Positions 31,076-45,489 of a stretch of DNA of 64,000 nucleotides are shown one piece after another (positions within the stretch are counted from its first letter, which is position 1; every line of letters starts with the position of its first letter). The DNA comes from the human T2T-CHM13v2.0 reference genome, Homo sapiens: the NCBI RefSeq assembly GCF_009914755.1, contig NC_060947.1. One strand, 5' to 3'. A program made the translations under genes and the position numbers. Under the pieces are notes generated by a model. It did no database searches. It had not been told where the DNA came from and worked only from the letters and a program-made list of their open reading frames with translations.

Positions 31076-32419
31076 GCATATCCTATGAATTTAGAGCAGT
31101 GGCTAACTTGTGTTGGAGTCATCTAACACTAATAAATTCATGCAGTAGAATTCATTCAAGAACTAGTCTGTAAAACAGAAGTTACTACATAACCCGTTTC
31201 CTGGGCTGCACTAGCTGGTGGGTATTCTGCAGAACATGAGCCACATCTCACTCCCTCCTGTTCCTACATTTGAGGCTCCTCTAAGTCATTTTCAGGAAGA
31301 CTCTAATGTGTCTCACATAACCTGCAAACAAGTCAGTCAGGTCTCTGCCAATTGAGCTGGTTCTGCCCCCAGCATCCACTGCTTCCAGTAAGGGCCACCC
31401 TCCTTCCTCCGGGGTTCTTACCACACTGATATTACACTGAGTACCACAGAAAGGGAAAGAAATGTCCTCTTCCCCACTGTAGTTACACTTCCTCACATGG
31501 GCACCTAGATGATACTGTTTGTGCCCCTGTGTCACAAACTCTTTATGGAAAAGCCTCTCTCACGTCTTCTGCCTATGGCCCCACCAACCACAGACCTCCA
31601 CCATGAGCCCATAGGGCCATTTTGGAGAGCATGTCCAAGACAGACACCATGCTGTCCTCTCCAGTATTTTCCAGTAATCATCCTTGAGCTCTCTTGTCCT
31701 TATTCCTCCTCAAACTCTCCTGCTTATAGACCTTTGGTACCCGTTAATCATCCTTTCCCAGATATTTGTGAATTACAGGGCTGGTAACAGCTTAGGCCCA
31801 GGCAGGCATCCTCAGTTCACCTATTATCCAACAAAGACACACACACATCTTTCACACTCCCTATCTTTACTCAGCTGACCTCAAAAAACAGAGCCCAAGT
31901 AATGTGGGACACCGAAGTCAATTGGATACAGTGATGAATTGGTCTGATAATTACCATCATAAAACCAGCACTATAATGTGTGGTCATAGACTTGGTGACT
32001 TTCATTCTGTTCTGTCTGAAAACCTATAACCTTTTCTGAAGAACATAAGGTACCTCCACTTTGCCCTGGAAATTTTGCAAAGGCTTTTGATCCAAAGTTG
32101 TAAAGTTCTGAGCCGGTTAGACTTGGATAGATAATGGGAGACATCAGAGGTCCAGGAGTTTTGAAGTGTTTCAAGCAGAGTATAATTGGAATGTTAAGAA
32201 AAGATCAAGATGTAACAAATTGAACATAAAATGACATAAAACCAGAAAGATATAGCTCAAATGCCACAACCTCTTTAAAATCCCATTTCTGTTCCCTACA
32301 TACACACATGCACACACGCATGCACACTCATGCATGAGCATACAGAATCACTCACTCATTTGAATAAGAACATTCAGATGAATGGAACTTGGTTTAACCT
32401 AGGCAAGGTAGCATGCCAA

Positions 32420-32625
32420 TTCTAGAACCGGACTCTCTGGATCAAGTGGATCAAATCCCAGATCTGCCACTTACTACTTTGGTAACTTGGACAAATTACT
32501 CACCCTCTCTGTGTCTCAGTTTCCACATATGAAAATGGAGATAATAATAATTGTTTAAGGTTTTAATGAATTAACTATTTTTAAACTGCTTTTAAAAGAG
32601 TGACTGGCAAAGAGTAAGTACTTTA
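32420..32625 (+). mobile_element. MIR
   Basis: TCAAATCCCAGATCTGCCACTTACTA...CTCTGTGTCTCAGTTTCC...AAAATGGAGATAATAATA. Confidence 0.85.
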
Positions 32626-33230
32626 CATAGTGGTATATATTTTGCTATTTCCTGCCTCATTTTAGTGACCTATGCATTTTACCTTATCCTTTCTACTGAA
32701 TTTTAGTTGCCAGAGAACAGGGATTCAATCTTCATACTGATATTTCTCCTGCAGGGTCTGGCATTTGCAAGATGCCTAACAATAAATGACTGCAGAATTG
32801 GATATGCTTTGGTGTTCACCAAAACTTCCTCCAGCTCCACGGGAAATATTTTTATCATGGCTTGAAGCCATAATGATGAAATTAATTCAGTAAAATAAAA
32901 ATAGATGAAAAGGGAATTTGAAATAATATGCAAATATACAACTAAGATGATGGCTCAACTGTAGCATAACTAATGGTAGGGACCAGGTCTGATACCACAA
33001 AGATGACCCTAATAATGTCAACAATGCTTGAGGAGCTCCTGTTTCCTTGTATTCCTACCAAGATAAGCTCGGGATTTTCAAATTGAATACTCATTACAAA
33101 ACTAAAAGGAAACAAAGAACCCAAAAATTCATTAAAGCATAAAATACATGTGCATTTCACATGTACTGAGTAAACAGATTTATCCACATTTATCAGAAGT
33201 CCAATCTCCTACAGAGAAATTAATGAAATA

Positions 33231-33528
33231 GGCATGAGGGGGTGGCTCAGGACTGTAATCCCAGCACTTTGAGAGGCAGAGGCAGGCAGATTGCTTGAGC
33301 TCAGGAGTTTGAGATCAGCCTGAACAACATGGCGTGAAACCTTGTCTTGACAAGAAATACAAAAATTGGCTGGGTGTGGTGGTGCACACCCGTGGTCCCA
33401 ATGGCTCAAGAGGCTGAGGTGGAAGGATCACCCGAGCCTGGGGAGGTAGAGGCTGCAGTGAGCTGAGATCCCACCACTGCACTCCATCCTGGGTGACAGA
33501 GTGAAAAAAGAAATGAAATGAATGAAAT
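33231..33528 (+). mobile_element. AluJ
   Basis: GATTGCTTGAGCTCAGGAGTTTGAG (J diagnostic); tail decayed to GAAAT units. Confidence 0.92.
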
Positions 33529-33538
33529 AACATTAGTT

Positions 33539-33855
33539 CAGCAGTCCCCAACCATTTTGGCACCAGGGACCGGTTTCATGGAAGACAATTTTTCCACGGA
33601 CTGGGGGACCATTGTGGAGGGTTGTGGGGGTTTGGGGATGAAACTATTCTACCTTAGATCATCGGGAATTAAATTATCATAAGGAGTGTGCAACCTAGAT
33701 CCCTTGCATGCGCTATTCACAATAGGGTTCACATTCCTATGAGAATCTAAGGCCGCCGCTGATCTGACAGGAGGCAGAGCTCAGGAAGTAATGCTCGCTG
33801 GCCCGCTGCTCACCTCCTGCTGTGGGGCCCAGTTCCAGGGGGTTGGAGACCCCTG
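33539..33855. mobile_element. MER1B, opposite orientation to the 28091 copy
   Basis: CAGCAGTCCCCAACC...GGTTGGAGACCCCTG termini. Confidence 0.9.
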
Positions 33856-34163
33856 TATAAGTTGATTCCTCATGCTCCACCACCCTCCTCCCCACAATAA
33901 TAATCACTACCATTTATTGGGTACCTAATCTGGGCCAGGCACTTTAAAGATATAATGGTACCTTCCAAGTTAAAATAATAGATTAAAAACACATCTACTT
34001 TTGTTACTTCCCCAAACCACATTAAAATTATCAAGAAGAGATTTTTTTTAACTAGGGGGAAAGAGAAAGGGGAAAAAATATCAAAACTTTGGAAATTTGG
34101 AGAAATACTATGCAAACTATTGGAGGAGTTCTTTGAAAATAATACTACTAACAGTGACATGTA

Positions 34164-34536
<373 letters not shown>

Positions 34537-35064
34537 TTATCAAAAATTGTTACTTTAAGTGCAAGTAATTATCTGTCAGTATTAACACATCATTTACATA
34601 TCATTAGATAGTTGTGAATTGCATAGGCAAAGTTTATAGCTTAGGAAACTATTTGTAAAATTTCCTTGGCCAAGGATCTAATCTACTAATCTACTATGTC
34701 CAGTAAGTCTACATGACCATAAAGACTAGATTGTCACACCCAAATATATCTACCAATAATGAAAATATAAATTTAAAAATACTTTATCTGATCCCCTTAT
34801 GTTTAAAACCCACATATGCCAATGATCGACTAAAATCTGAGAAATACAGTAATCATGAATTAACATAATTGGATGCTTGGATGTAAACATGGCAGGAAAT
34901 ATTCCCTCTCTTCAAAGGATAAATTTGTAAAAAGTAGTTTACATTCTAGAAAATAAGTTGACCTACTTGTAAATATATATGTACTTTCTTAGTTACTAAC
35001 ACCATTTGCCCTTATATATTATCTACATATAAGACTTTGACATAATATTTATTAAATATATATA

Positions 35065-35220
35065 TGTGTTATATCAGTCAAGCATTTGTGGTTGAAAGTG
35101 ATAGTAAAACCAACTCAAACCCACTTATACTAAGATGGGAATTTGTTGGCTTAATTGAAAAGTACAGGCAAGGAAGTCTCATTTCAGTCACAGTTGTATC
35201 AAATAATGTCATTGGGACTC
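35065..35220 (-). mobile_element. Old MLT1 LTR fragment
   Basis: TATCAGTCAAG...GGTTGAAAGTGATAGTAAAACCAACTCAAAC resembles the reverse of an MLT1K/N 3' end. Confidence 0.45.
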
Positions 35221-37021
35221 ACTACAGTCTGCCCCTTGACTTCCTAGCATTTATACACCTTTTTTTATACATACAGGTTTTAAAATGCATCCTACCATCA
35301 TTATGCAACTGTTCCATGGACTGCCAAAGTTGCACTTACCCCCTTCCCAAAAGAATATACTCCAATGCTAAGTCTCATTAACTTATTATACTCAAGATAC
35401 CTCGGTGATGTCTCCCAGACAAGTCTAAATGCAGCTCCTTATTGTCTGAAGTCTATAAATAAGTTATTTAACCACAACCAACAGACCCAGTGTATGAAGT
35501 TGCATGGACAACAGGACCACTTTAGAAAAACAGCTCCCATTTGAAAAAAGAGAAGGGAAGAAAAAACACAATGATCACAAGCAATAATATATACTCCTTA
35601 AGAATTTCAGCAACTCCCTTCCCTAGAAAACCAGCTGCCCCTGGTTTTGCTCTCTGGGAAAAGCTGCCTTACTCATCATCTTTCACACCTACAGCTGAGG
35701 TGGGCATTAGTAGGGGAGTCTCCTATTAGGGGACTGCACCTTTTAGCAGTTTAATCCTCATTGTTGCAGGTGTGGAGGCCTGAAAATAACCTTTTAGGTT
35801 AAATAGGAGATCATGACCTTTACTCATCGGATCTAGGGTTTCTCCTGCAATACAGCTTACTTAAAAGCTTGATCAGTTTTTGCTTATGTTCATTCAGTGG
35901 ATTCTTCAAGCTAAAAACCAAAGTCAGAGATTTTATCAAGTCATGGTCCACGAATCCAGACCCTAAACTAAAAATTTCTGTCTTTCAGAAACAAATCTCA
36001 GTGCTCTGCCTGCAGCCTCCAGCTTAATGGCCTCCATCTTGACATCTGATTTAGAGAAATGCAAAACAATAGCAGAATTGGGGAGGCCCAGATACTCTGT
36101 ATTCCCAGACTGCATGTTCTAAACCTTTGTCAGGCAGGGAACATACAGCAGAAGATGCCCAGGAGAGGCAGGGATGTGGAGGCTTCCCAGGCCCCAGTTT
36201 CATTACCAACTTTGTTTTCTGCCTCTCCCTTTTCACTTTAGTGAAAACAAAGAATTCACCTTTTCCAACCCTGCATGTGTTGTGATTTCCTGACTCGCAG
36301 ACAACTTAAATTGCTGGCTGCAGGCCAAAGGACTTCTAACAGTAAAGTTTTGAAATAGCCCCAAGTTGAGATGCTTTTCTCTTTCTTGTAAAAGTTAATG
36401 GAAACCACAGAAAATCACCAGCATATTCCAACATCTCCATTTGTTTACCTACCAGTTCCCCCAAAGCTTCGGCTTCAGTAGACATGAGGTCTTGGTCCAA
36501 AAATGCCATGGGTGACGCTTTAACCAACTTCTTTGCTAATACAAAACAGAAACTGCCAACTTCTCAGCCAGGAATGGGCAATCCCCGTAGCCCCATCCAC
36601 GACTTGATTATCCAGTTCCATATCTTAGCTCTGTTGCCCATTTACTGGTACACGTTTTGACAGTCTGGGCAATGCACTGTACCAGGCTCATCAGAAATCT
36701 CCTGACATGCTCATCCCCTTCTGCATTATCACACGCCCTTCCCTTTTTATTCCGCTTTCCCCTCATGTTACCATTTCAAAGAAATGCTGGGGAGTCCCAA
36801 GGCAGGCGCTTGAAGCCCAGCTTGCTTTTTGCTTGCAAGAGTTCTGATTTTCTCAAGCTCACATCCCTCCGACCACCCCAGCACACAGCTTCTGTATTTA
36901 GGGTCCTCCGTGAGGCCTCTAGGCATCTATTACTGAATCCCCTCCCCCACTTAGCCACTCCCACCCCACACACATTTCAAACCCACATTGCAATCCCCAG
37001 CACATAATGGCCTAGTCATTG

Positions 37022-37646
37022 TGTGGCAGGCCAGGTCTCACTAACGCAGGCCTCCATAACAACTGTTTCAGTACTGACTGAATAGTTAAGTTAAATATTA
37101 AAAGCTGAAAGAGCCAGTGCCCTATACAAAGGCTGGAATATAACAAAAGCCCACCAAGAGTTTTGCCTAGTCCTTTCCTGGGCCTTAACCCATTTAGAAT
37201 TAAACAAGTTTTACTGGGGGCCTCAAGAAACTCCACAGGCCTCCACAAACAAGTTTATTGGAGGTCTGAAGGAACTCCCCAAACCTCCATGATTTAGCAG
37301 GAGACAAGATAAGGCTAATCACCCCAGCACCTGGACCCATTTAGATTAAGTAAATTTACTGAGGCTCCAGAGGAAGGTCTTCAGGACTCAGACCTTAGTT
37401 ATAGATTAAAAGAAGTTAATCACTTGTGTCTTTAGATGAATGCACACTTACACGTAGGCATATAGCTTAGAAGGTATATAAGCTCTGGAAAACATTGTAA
37501 TTTTGAGGTTGGCCTGGCAATGTTTTCCAGGCCTTCTCCCTGTAACTGGTTACAGAAATAAAAACTCTCTTCCTCCCCAGTTCATCTGCATGTTGTTATT
37601 GCGCTTCGAAAAATAGCAGCCCGACCCTCAGTTTGGTCCAGGAACA
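37022..37646 (+). mobile_element. ERV1 solo LTR, probably PABL_A
   Basis: TGTGGCAGGCCAGGTCTCACTAACGCAGG...CCCTCAGTTTGGTCCAGGAACA; TATATAA and AATAAA present; family from memory. Confidence 0.75.
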
Positions 37647-37985
37647 ATGGCCTTAATTGGCTTCTTACCCTCACACATAAATAGATATCGAATGTGGTAA
37701 TTTCAAAGTCAAAAGTCCAGTCAAATTATCTTAATAAGATAAAAAGAGATCCTCCCTGCTCTTTTAAGTTGTTAATACATAGCTGCTGTGTCCCCAGAGC
37801 AAATCAACTTCTCAGGCTCCCTAAATAGAAGCTTCCCTTCTAAGATGTAAATAAATAGGTAGACAGAAAGAGGGATTAAATATATGCCAAAATAGCAGTG
37901 GTTGCCTGTAGATTGTGGAATGAGGGATTTTTTTTTATTTAGTTCTTTCTGCTTTTATGTATTTTCTAAAATATCTGAAGTAACT

Positions 37986-38148
37986 TTAAGAAATGGGGTC
38001 ACTCTGTGTTGCCCAGGCTGGAGGGCAATGGCTATTCACAGGCATGATTATAGCTCGCTACAGCCTCAGACTCCTGGCCTCAAGTGATCCTCCCCACCTC
38101 ATCCTACCTAGTAGCTGAGACTACAGGCATGTGCCACCATGTCCAGCT
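37986..38148 (-). mobile_element. FAM (fossil Alu monomer)
   Basis: GGCTATTCACAGGCATGAT (7SL-like) within a monomer; TSD AAGTAACTTT. Confidence 0.85.
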
Positions 38149-38224
38149 TTAAAGTAACTTTCTATTGTTTTTATAACAAGAGAAGGTAAAAAACAATACG
38201 TTAAGAAATTCAGTCAGCCCTGGA

Positions 38225-38367
38225 GACTTTTTGGGATCATGGAAATGTTCTAAAACTAGATTGTGGTGATGGTTGCACAACTCTAAATTTACTGAAAATC
38301 ATTGAATTGTGCACTTAAAATGGATGAATTTTATGGTATGTAAATTATACCTCAATAACGCTGTTAG
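38225..38367 (+). mobile_element. L1MB-type 3' end fragment
   Basis: GGAAATGTTCTAAAACTAGATTGTGGTGATGGTTGCACAACTCT...TACCTCAATAA. Confidence 0.85.
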
Positions 38368-38487
38368 CAAAGACAGAACTTCTATTTGACTAATTTAAAG
38401 GACAGCGATCCCATCAGAATACTCATATAGAACCTCACAGAGTTTAGAGCAAGAATAACAAGGAGAGGTCAGATGAGAAAGTGATGT

Positions 38488-38687
38488 GGAGAAGGAAGGA
38501 AGAAGGAAGAAAGAAAAGAAGGAGAAGGAGGGAAGGAAGGGAGGGAAGGAGGAAGGGGGGAGGGAAGGGGGGAGGGAAGGAGGAAGGGAGGAAGGACGGC
38601 AGGAAGGGAGGGATGGAGGGAGGAGAGAATGAGAGAGGAAAGGAAGGAGGAAAAGTGTGTAGGGAGAAAGTGTGTGGGGAGAAAAAA
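38488..38687. repeat. GA-rich / (GGAA)n polypurine tract
   Basis: Nearly pure purine run. Confidence 0.95.
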
Positions 38688-39069
38688 GCTTAAAAAATTA
38701 AGCAAGAGATATCCTACTACAGCATAGCTAAAGACAGCGTAAGGGTACAGCTCCCTCTTCCTCACATTGTGGGATCTTTGTGGTACTTCCCACTTTGTAC
38801 TTCGTGGTACTTCCCATGTTGGTAACTGAATTTTTCTTGGCCCTCCAATATAGCCACAGAAGGCTGGGACTTTGAAGATGTTGATATAATTTGGAAATTT
38901 TACCACCAATTCCGTCAGGATGCCCTCCACATGGCAATTTTGGATTATGTCTTTGAAAGACAGATTTTACACAACAAATAAAATGCTATAATGATGTTGA
39001 TGTGTCACATGGGCACAAACAACTCCAAGTGTTTGTCTCAGCTAAAATGGAGAAATGCTGTCTTCACAT

Positions 39070-39350
39070 CATTTCATTCAGCATTTGTTGAACACATGTT
39101 GGGCCCAGTGAAATAGGCATCCTGTTTTGAAGGATACAGAAATGAGCAAGGTATGCTTCCTACTCTCTAGCCATTTACAATCAAACGCAGCAAATACATT
39201 CTATTTTAGGGGCACTGCCATACTTTCTGAAGAAGGTAATGTATGAAAATAAGCGTAGGACTTTTGTGGAGGATTTGAAAAGAAAGATAAGGAAGTACTT
39301 TCCAGCCTGGGGTAAGAGCATCCATGAAGGTACAGAGAATGGTAGATTTA
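39070..39350 (-). mobile_element. L2 fragment
   Basis: TTCATTCAGCATTTGTTGAACAC reverse L2 3' end. Confidence 0.6.
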
Positions 39351-39374
39351 GGGTATGATTAATAAAAGGTGAGT

Positions 39375-40540
39375 CCTGATCATTAGAGAAATGCAAATCA
39401 ACACCACGAGATACCATCTCACACAAGTCACAATGGCTATTATTCAAAAGTCCAAACACAACAGATGTTGGCAAGGTTATGGAGTAAAAGGAACACTTAT
39501 ACACTGTTGGTGGAAGTGTAAATTAGTTAAACCATTGTGGAAAGCAGCGTGGCGATTCCTCAAAGATGTAAAAACAGAAATGCCATTTGACCCAGCAATC
39601 CCATTACTGGGTATATCGCCCTGTATTAGTCCATTCTTGCATTGCTATAAAGAAATACCTAAGACTGGGTAATTTATAAAGAAAAGAGGTTTAATTGGCT
39701 CACAGTTCTGCAGGCTGTACAGGAAGCATAGTAGCTTCCATTCATCTTCTGGGGAAGCCTCAGGAAACTTACAGTTATGGCAGAAGGTGAAAGGGAAGCA
39801 AGCATGTCTTACATGGCCAGAGCACAAGGAAGTGTGGAGGGAGGTGCCACACACTTTTAAACAACCAGATCTCACAACAACTCACTCACTAGCATCACAA
39901 GAACAGCACCCAGGGGAAATCCACCTCCATGATCCAATCACCTCCCACCAGGCCCCACCTCCAACATTAGGGATTACAATTCAACATAAGATTTGAATGG
40001 GGACACAGACCCAAACTATATCACACCCAGAGAAATATAAATCATTCTACCAAAAAGACACATGCACGAATATGTTCATTGCAGCACTATTCACAATTGC
40101 AAAGACATGGAATCAACCTAAATGTCCATCAATGATAGACTGGATAAAGAAGATGTGATACATATACACCATGAAATACTATGCAGGCATAAAAAAGAAC
40201 GAGATCATATCTTTTGTGGGAATGTGGATGGAACTGGAGGCCATCATCCTCAGCAAACTAACACAGGAACAGAAAACCAAATACCACATGTTCTCACTTA
40301 TAAGCGGGAGCTAAATGAAGAGAACTCATGGACACAATGAAGGGAACGACAGACACTGGGGCCTACTTGAGGGTGGAGGGTTGGAGGAGGGAGAAGAGTA
40401 GAAAAAAATAACTATTGGGTACTGGACTCAGTACCTGGGTAACAAAGTAACCTGTACAAGCAACCCACATGACACAAGTTTGCCTGTATAACAAACACGC
40501 ACACATACCCTCGAACCTAAAATAAAAGTTTTAAAAAAGA
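39375..40540 (+). mobile_element. Old L1PA (about PA15-16) 3' end interrupted by an MST LTR
   Basis: [11 protein letters not shown]...HCWW...[11 protein letters not shown]; 3'UTR GGGGCCTACTTGAGGGTGGAGGG. Confidence 0.9.
39622..40023 (-). mobile_element. MSTA-like solo LTR
   Basis: TGTATTAGTCC...ACTATATCA; TSD CGCCC/CACCC. Confidence 0.9.
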
Positions 40541-40904
40541 AAGTGATAGGTACTCAATACAGAATGGTTAATATGATGGCTCTGTCCCTCCCCCACCCCA
40601 GCCTGCCTTCAAAATGTGCTGCCTGCAGAGAATCCAGGCATATCCCACTGCCTCGGGGGTTTTTGTATTTTTTACAAAAAGTTATAATTAAATATACAGT
40701 AAATCTTCTTAAACAAAAGAAAGAAAGAAAAGAAATGGTGAATCATTTGATTTGACTGTATGCAGGATTCATAAGCAAGTGGCGGAAAATATGTAAGTAG
40801 GACCAGATGGTGGAGGATCTGGGGAGTTTGAGCCCTCCCATGTATGTAAAATGGAGTCACTGAAAGATATGTCTCAAGATCCCAGTTTCTGTGAAGTGTA
40901 AGAT

Positions 40905-41292
40905 GGTGTAGTTTTAAATATATGCCCACAAATTCTTTGACATGTATTTTGCATGTGGGAGGAAGACAAATAATTTGTGGCCAGAAAACAGATTTTGGTG
41001 GTTTTGAAGATACATTCACAAATTCTTCCATACTCCTCTCCTCAAGAGATGGAACTTGGTTCCCCTTTTCTTGACTGTGGGCTATATTTAGTGACACTCT
41101 GTTAATGAATAAAATATGGCAGAAGAGATGGGATCTCACTTTCAAGATTACACAATAAAAAGACTGCAACTTCCATCTGGGAGACTCACTCTCTAATTAC
41201 TCTGCAGGAGAAGCCACCTTCCATGTGCTAAGGCAGCCCTGTGGCAAGGCTCATGTGGTAAAACACGGAGGCCTACAAAAAACCATATGAGT
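40905..41292 (+). mobile_element. MLT1E/F-type LTR, 5' half only
   Basis: GTATTTTGCATGTGGGAGG...GAATAAAATATGGCAGAAG...AAAAAGACTGCAACTTCC; ends at the L1 start. Confidence 0.75.
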
Positions 41293-42047
41293 GGGAGGTG
41301 GAACAAAATGGCTGAATAGAAGCCTCCAGCGAACATCCCCCCTGCAGGAACACCAAATTGAACAACTATCCACACACAAAAAAAGCACCTTCATGAGAAC
41401 TAAAACTCAGGTGAGCGATCATAGTACCTGGTTTCAACATTATGTTAAGGAAAGAGGCACTGAAGAGGGTGGGAAAGACAGTCTTGAACTGCTGACACCA
41501 CTCCTCCCCCCTTCTCTAACAATGACCACATGGCACAGAAAGAGAATCTGTGTGTGCTTGGGGGAGAGACAGCCCAATGATTGTGGGACTTTGCATTGGA
41601 ACTCAGTGCTGCCCAGTCGCAGCAGAAAGAAACAGGGCAGAACTCAGCCAGCACCCACAGAGGGAACATTTAGACTAGCCCTAGCCAGAGGCAAATCATC
41701 CATCCTCATGATTGGAACCTACGTTCTGGCAAGCCCTATCACTGTGAGATAAAGGCAAAGCACTCTGGGGCCTAAATAAACTTAAAAGACAGTCTAGGTC
41801 ACAAGGACTGCTATTCCTAGGCAAGTTCCAGTGCTGGACTGGGCTTAGAGCCAGTGGACTTGGGGTACATATGACCTAGTGAGACACCAGCTGAGGCAGC
41901 AAAGGGAATGATTGTGTCACCTCTTCCCAACCTCAGGCAGCACAGCTCACAACTCTAGAAGATACTCCTTCCTTCAGCTTGAGGACAAGAATGGGGAGAG
42001 TAAAGAGGACTTTGTCTTGTATCTTGGACACCAGCTTAGCCATTTTT

Positions 42048-42455
42048 TGTATTATTCCCTTCTGATATTGCTCTAAAGAGATACCTGAGACTGGGTAATT
42101 TATAAAGAAAAGAGGTTAACTGGCTCATGGTTCTGCATGCTGTAGAGGAAGCACAACAGCTTCTGCTTTTGGAGAGGCCTCAGGAAGCTTCCAATCATGG
42201 TGGAAGGCAAAGGGGGAGCAGCTGTCTTACATGGTGGGAGCAGAAGCAAGAGAGAGCAAAGGGAAAGGTGCTACAGACTTTTAAACACCCAGACCACGTA
42301 AGAACTCACTATTGTGGGGACAGCATCAAGAGGATGGTGCCAAACCATTCATGAGAAACTGCCCCCATGATCCAATCACCTCCCACCAGGTCCCACTTCC
42401 AACACTGGGGATTACAAATGAACATGAGATTTGGGCACAGATCCAAACCATGTCT
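42048..42455 (-). mobile_element. MSTA/B-like solo LTR in the L1 5'UTR
   Basis: ATACCTGAGACTGGGTAATTTATAAAGAAAAGAGG...GATCCAAACCATGTC. Confidence 0.9.
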
Positions 42456-44088
42456 GAAGACTTTGTCTTGTATCTTGGATATCAGTTCAGCCACAGTAGA
42501 ATAGGGTACCAGACAGAGCCATGAGGCCCCCATTCCAGGCCCTAACTCCCAGATGACATTTCTAGACACACCCTAGGACAGAAGGGAATCCACTACCTTG
42601 AAGGGAAAGACCCAGTGCTGGCAGGATTCACCACCTGATGATTAAAGAGACCTTGGGCCCCTGAATAATCAGCAGTGGTAGCCAGGCAGTACTTGTCGTG
42701 GACTTTAGATGGGACCCAGTTCCATGTTGGCTTCAGGGGTGACCCAGCACATTCCTAGGTGTGGTGGCTATGGGGAGAGACTCCTTCTGCTTCAGGTAAG
42801 AAGATAAAAGAGTAAAGGGAACTTTGTCCTGCAGCTTGGGTACCAGCTCAGCCACAGTCGGGTAAAGCACCAAGTGGACTCCTGAGATCTCTGGTTCCAG
42901 GCCTTGGCTCCTCGATGGCATTTCTGGACCTGCCCTGGGCCAGATGGGAGCCCACTGCCCTGAAGAGAGAGACCCAGGCCTGGCAGCATTCACCACAAGC
43001 TGACAAGCTGATTGAAGAGCCCTTGGACCTTGAGTGAACATCAGCAGTAGCCAGGCAGTACTTGCTATGGGCCTGAAGCAGTGGTAGCCATAAGGACAGA
43101 CTCTTTTGCTTGAGGAAACAGGAGAGAAAAGTGGGAAGGACTTTGTCTTGTGTCTTGAGTACCAGCTCAGCTGCAGTAGAATAGAGCCCCAGGAAGATTC
43201 CTAAGGTTCCCGACTCTAGGTCCTGGCTTCCAGATGGCATCTCTGGACCCACCCAGGGACAGGGGGGAGACTTGATGCCCTGAAGGGAAGAACACAAGCT
43301 GGCTGGCTTCACTGCTTGCTGATTATAGAGTTCTTGGGCATTGAATGAACATAGGCACTAACCAGGCAGTGGTCACTACAGGCCTTGGACGAGACCCAGT
43401 GCTGTGCTGGCATTGAGTATAACCCCACACAGTCCCAGTGGTGGTGGCCACAGGGTTGCTTGTGTCACCCCTCCCCCAGCTCCAGGCAGCTCAGCAAAGA
43501 GACAGACTCCAGTTGTTTGAGGGAAAGTAAGTGGAGAGAACAAGACCCTTTACCTGGCAATCCAGAAAATTCTCCTGGATCTCACCCAAGACCAGCAAAG
43601 CAGTACCTCTACGAGTCCCCAAAAGCCACAGCATTATTGGGTTTGGGATAGCCCCTAATGCAGATATGGTTACAGTGACCAAAGACTTAGATCACAACAC
43701 CCAGGTCCCTTTGAATACTTGGAAAGCCTTCCCAAGAATGGCAAATACAAACAAGCCCAGATGGTGAAGACTACAATAAATACCTAACTCTTCAATGTCC
43801 AGATACCAAAAAACATCCAAAAACATCAGGAACTTCTAGGAAAACATGACCTCACCAAACAAACTAAATAAGGCACCAGGGACCAATCCCAGAGAGACAG
43901 AGATATGTGACCTTTCAGTCAGAGAATTCAAAGTAGCTGTTTTGAGGAAGCTCAATGAAATCCAAGATAAAACAGAGAGGAAACTCAGAATCCTATGAGA
44001 TAAATGTAACAAAGAGATTGAAATAATTTAAAAAGAATCAGGCAGAAATTCTGGAGCTGAAAAATTCAATTGATATAATGAAGAATGA

Positions 44089-44414
<326 letters not shown>

Positions 44415-45134
44415 GCATTAGAGTCTCTTTACAGCAGAACTGATCAAGCAGAAGAAGGGATTAGTGAGCTCGAAGACAGGCTATTTGAAAAATACACAGA
44501 GGAGACAAAAGGAAGAGAACAAAAAAGAATGAAGCACACCTATAAGATCTAGAAAATAGCCTCAAAAGGGCAAATCTAAGAGGTATTGGCATTAAAGAGG
44601 AGGTAGAGAGAGAGATAAGAGTAGAAAGTTAATTAAGTGGATAATAACAGAGAACTTGCAAAACCTAGAGCAGGATACCAATGTTCAAATACAAGATTAT
44701 TATAAAACACAAAGTAAATTTAACCCAAAGAAGACTACCTCAAGATATTTAATAATCAAATTCCTAAAGGTTGAGGATAAAGAAAGGACCCTAAAAGCAG
44801 CAAGAGAAACAACAGACAAAGGAACTTCAATACATCTGGAAGCAGACTTCTCAGTGGAAACGTTACAGGACAGGAGAGAATGGCAGGACACATTTAAAGT
44901 GCTGAAGGAAAAACACTTTTACCCTAGAATAGTACATCCAGTGAAAGTATCCTTCAAACATAAAGGAGAAATACAGACTTTCCCAGATAAACAAAAGCTG
45001 AGGGATTTTATCAACACCAGACCTGTCCTACAAGAAATCCTGAAGAGAGTTCTTCAATCTGAAAGAAAAGGACATTATTGAGCAATAAGAAATTATCTGA
45101 AGCTACAAAACTCATGAGTAATAGTAAGTCCACA

Positions 45135-45489
<355 letters not shown>

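Noticed and set aside
38469-38700. Pro/Ser/Leu-rich and Gly/Arg/Glu-rich ORFs
   Set aside because: Product of a stop-free polypurine tract
42733-43767. Cluster of 60-154 aa ORFs and ~300-bp repeats
   Set aside because: Tandem units of an old L1 5'UTR; not genes or a CRISPR-like array
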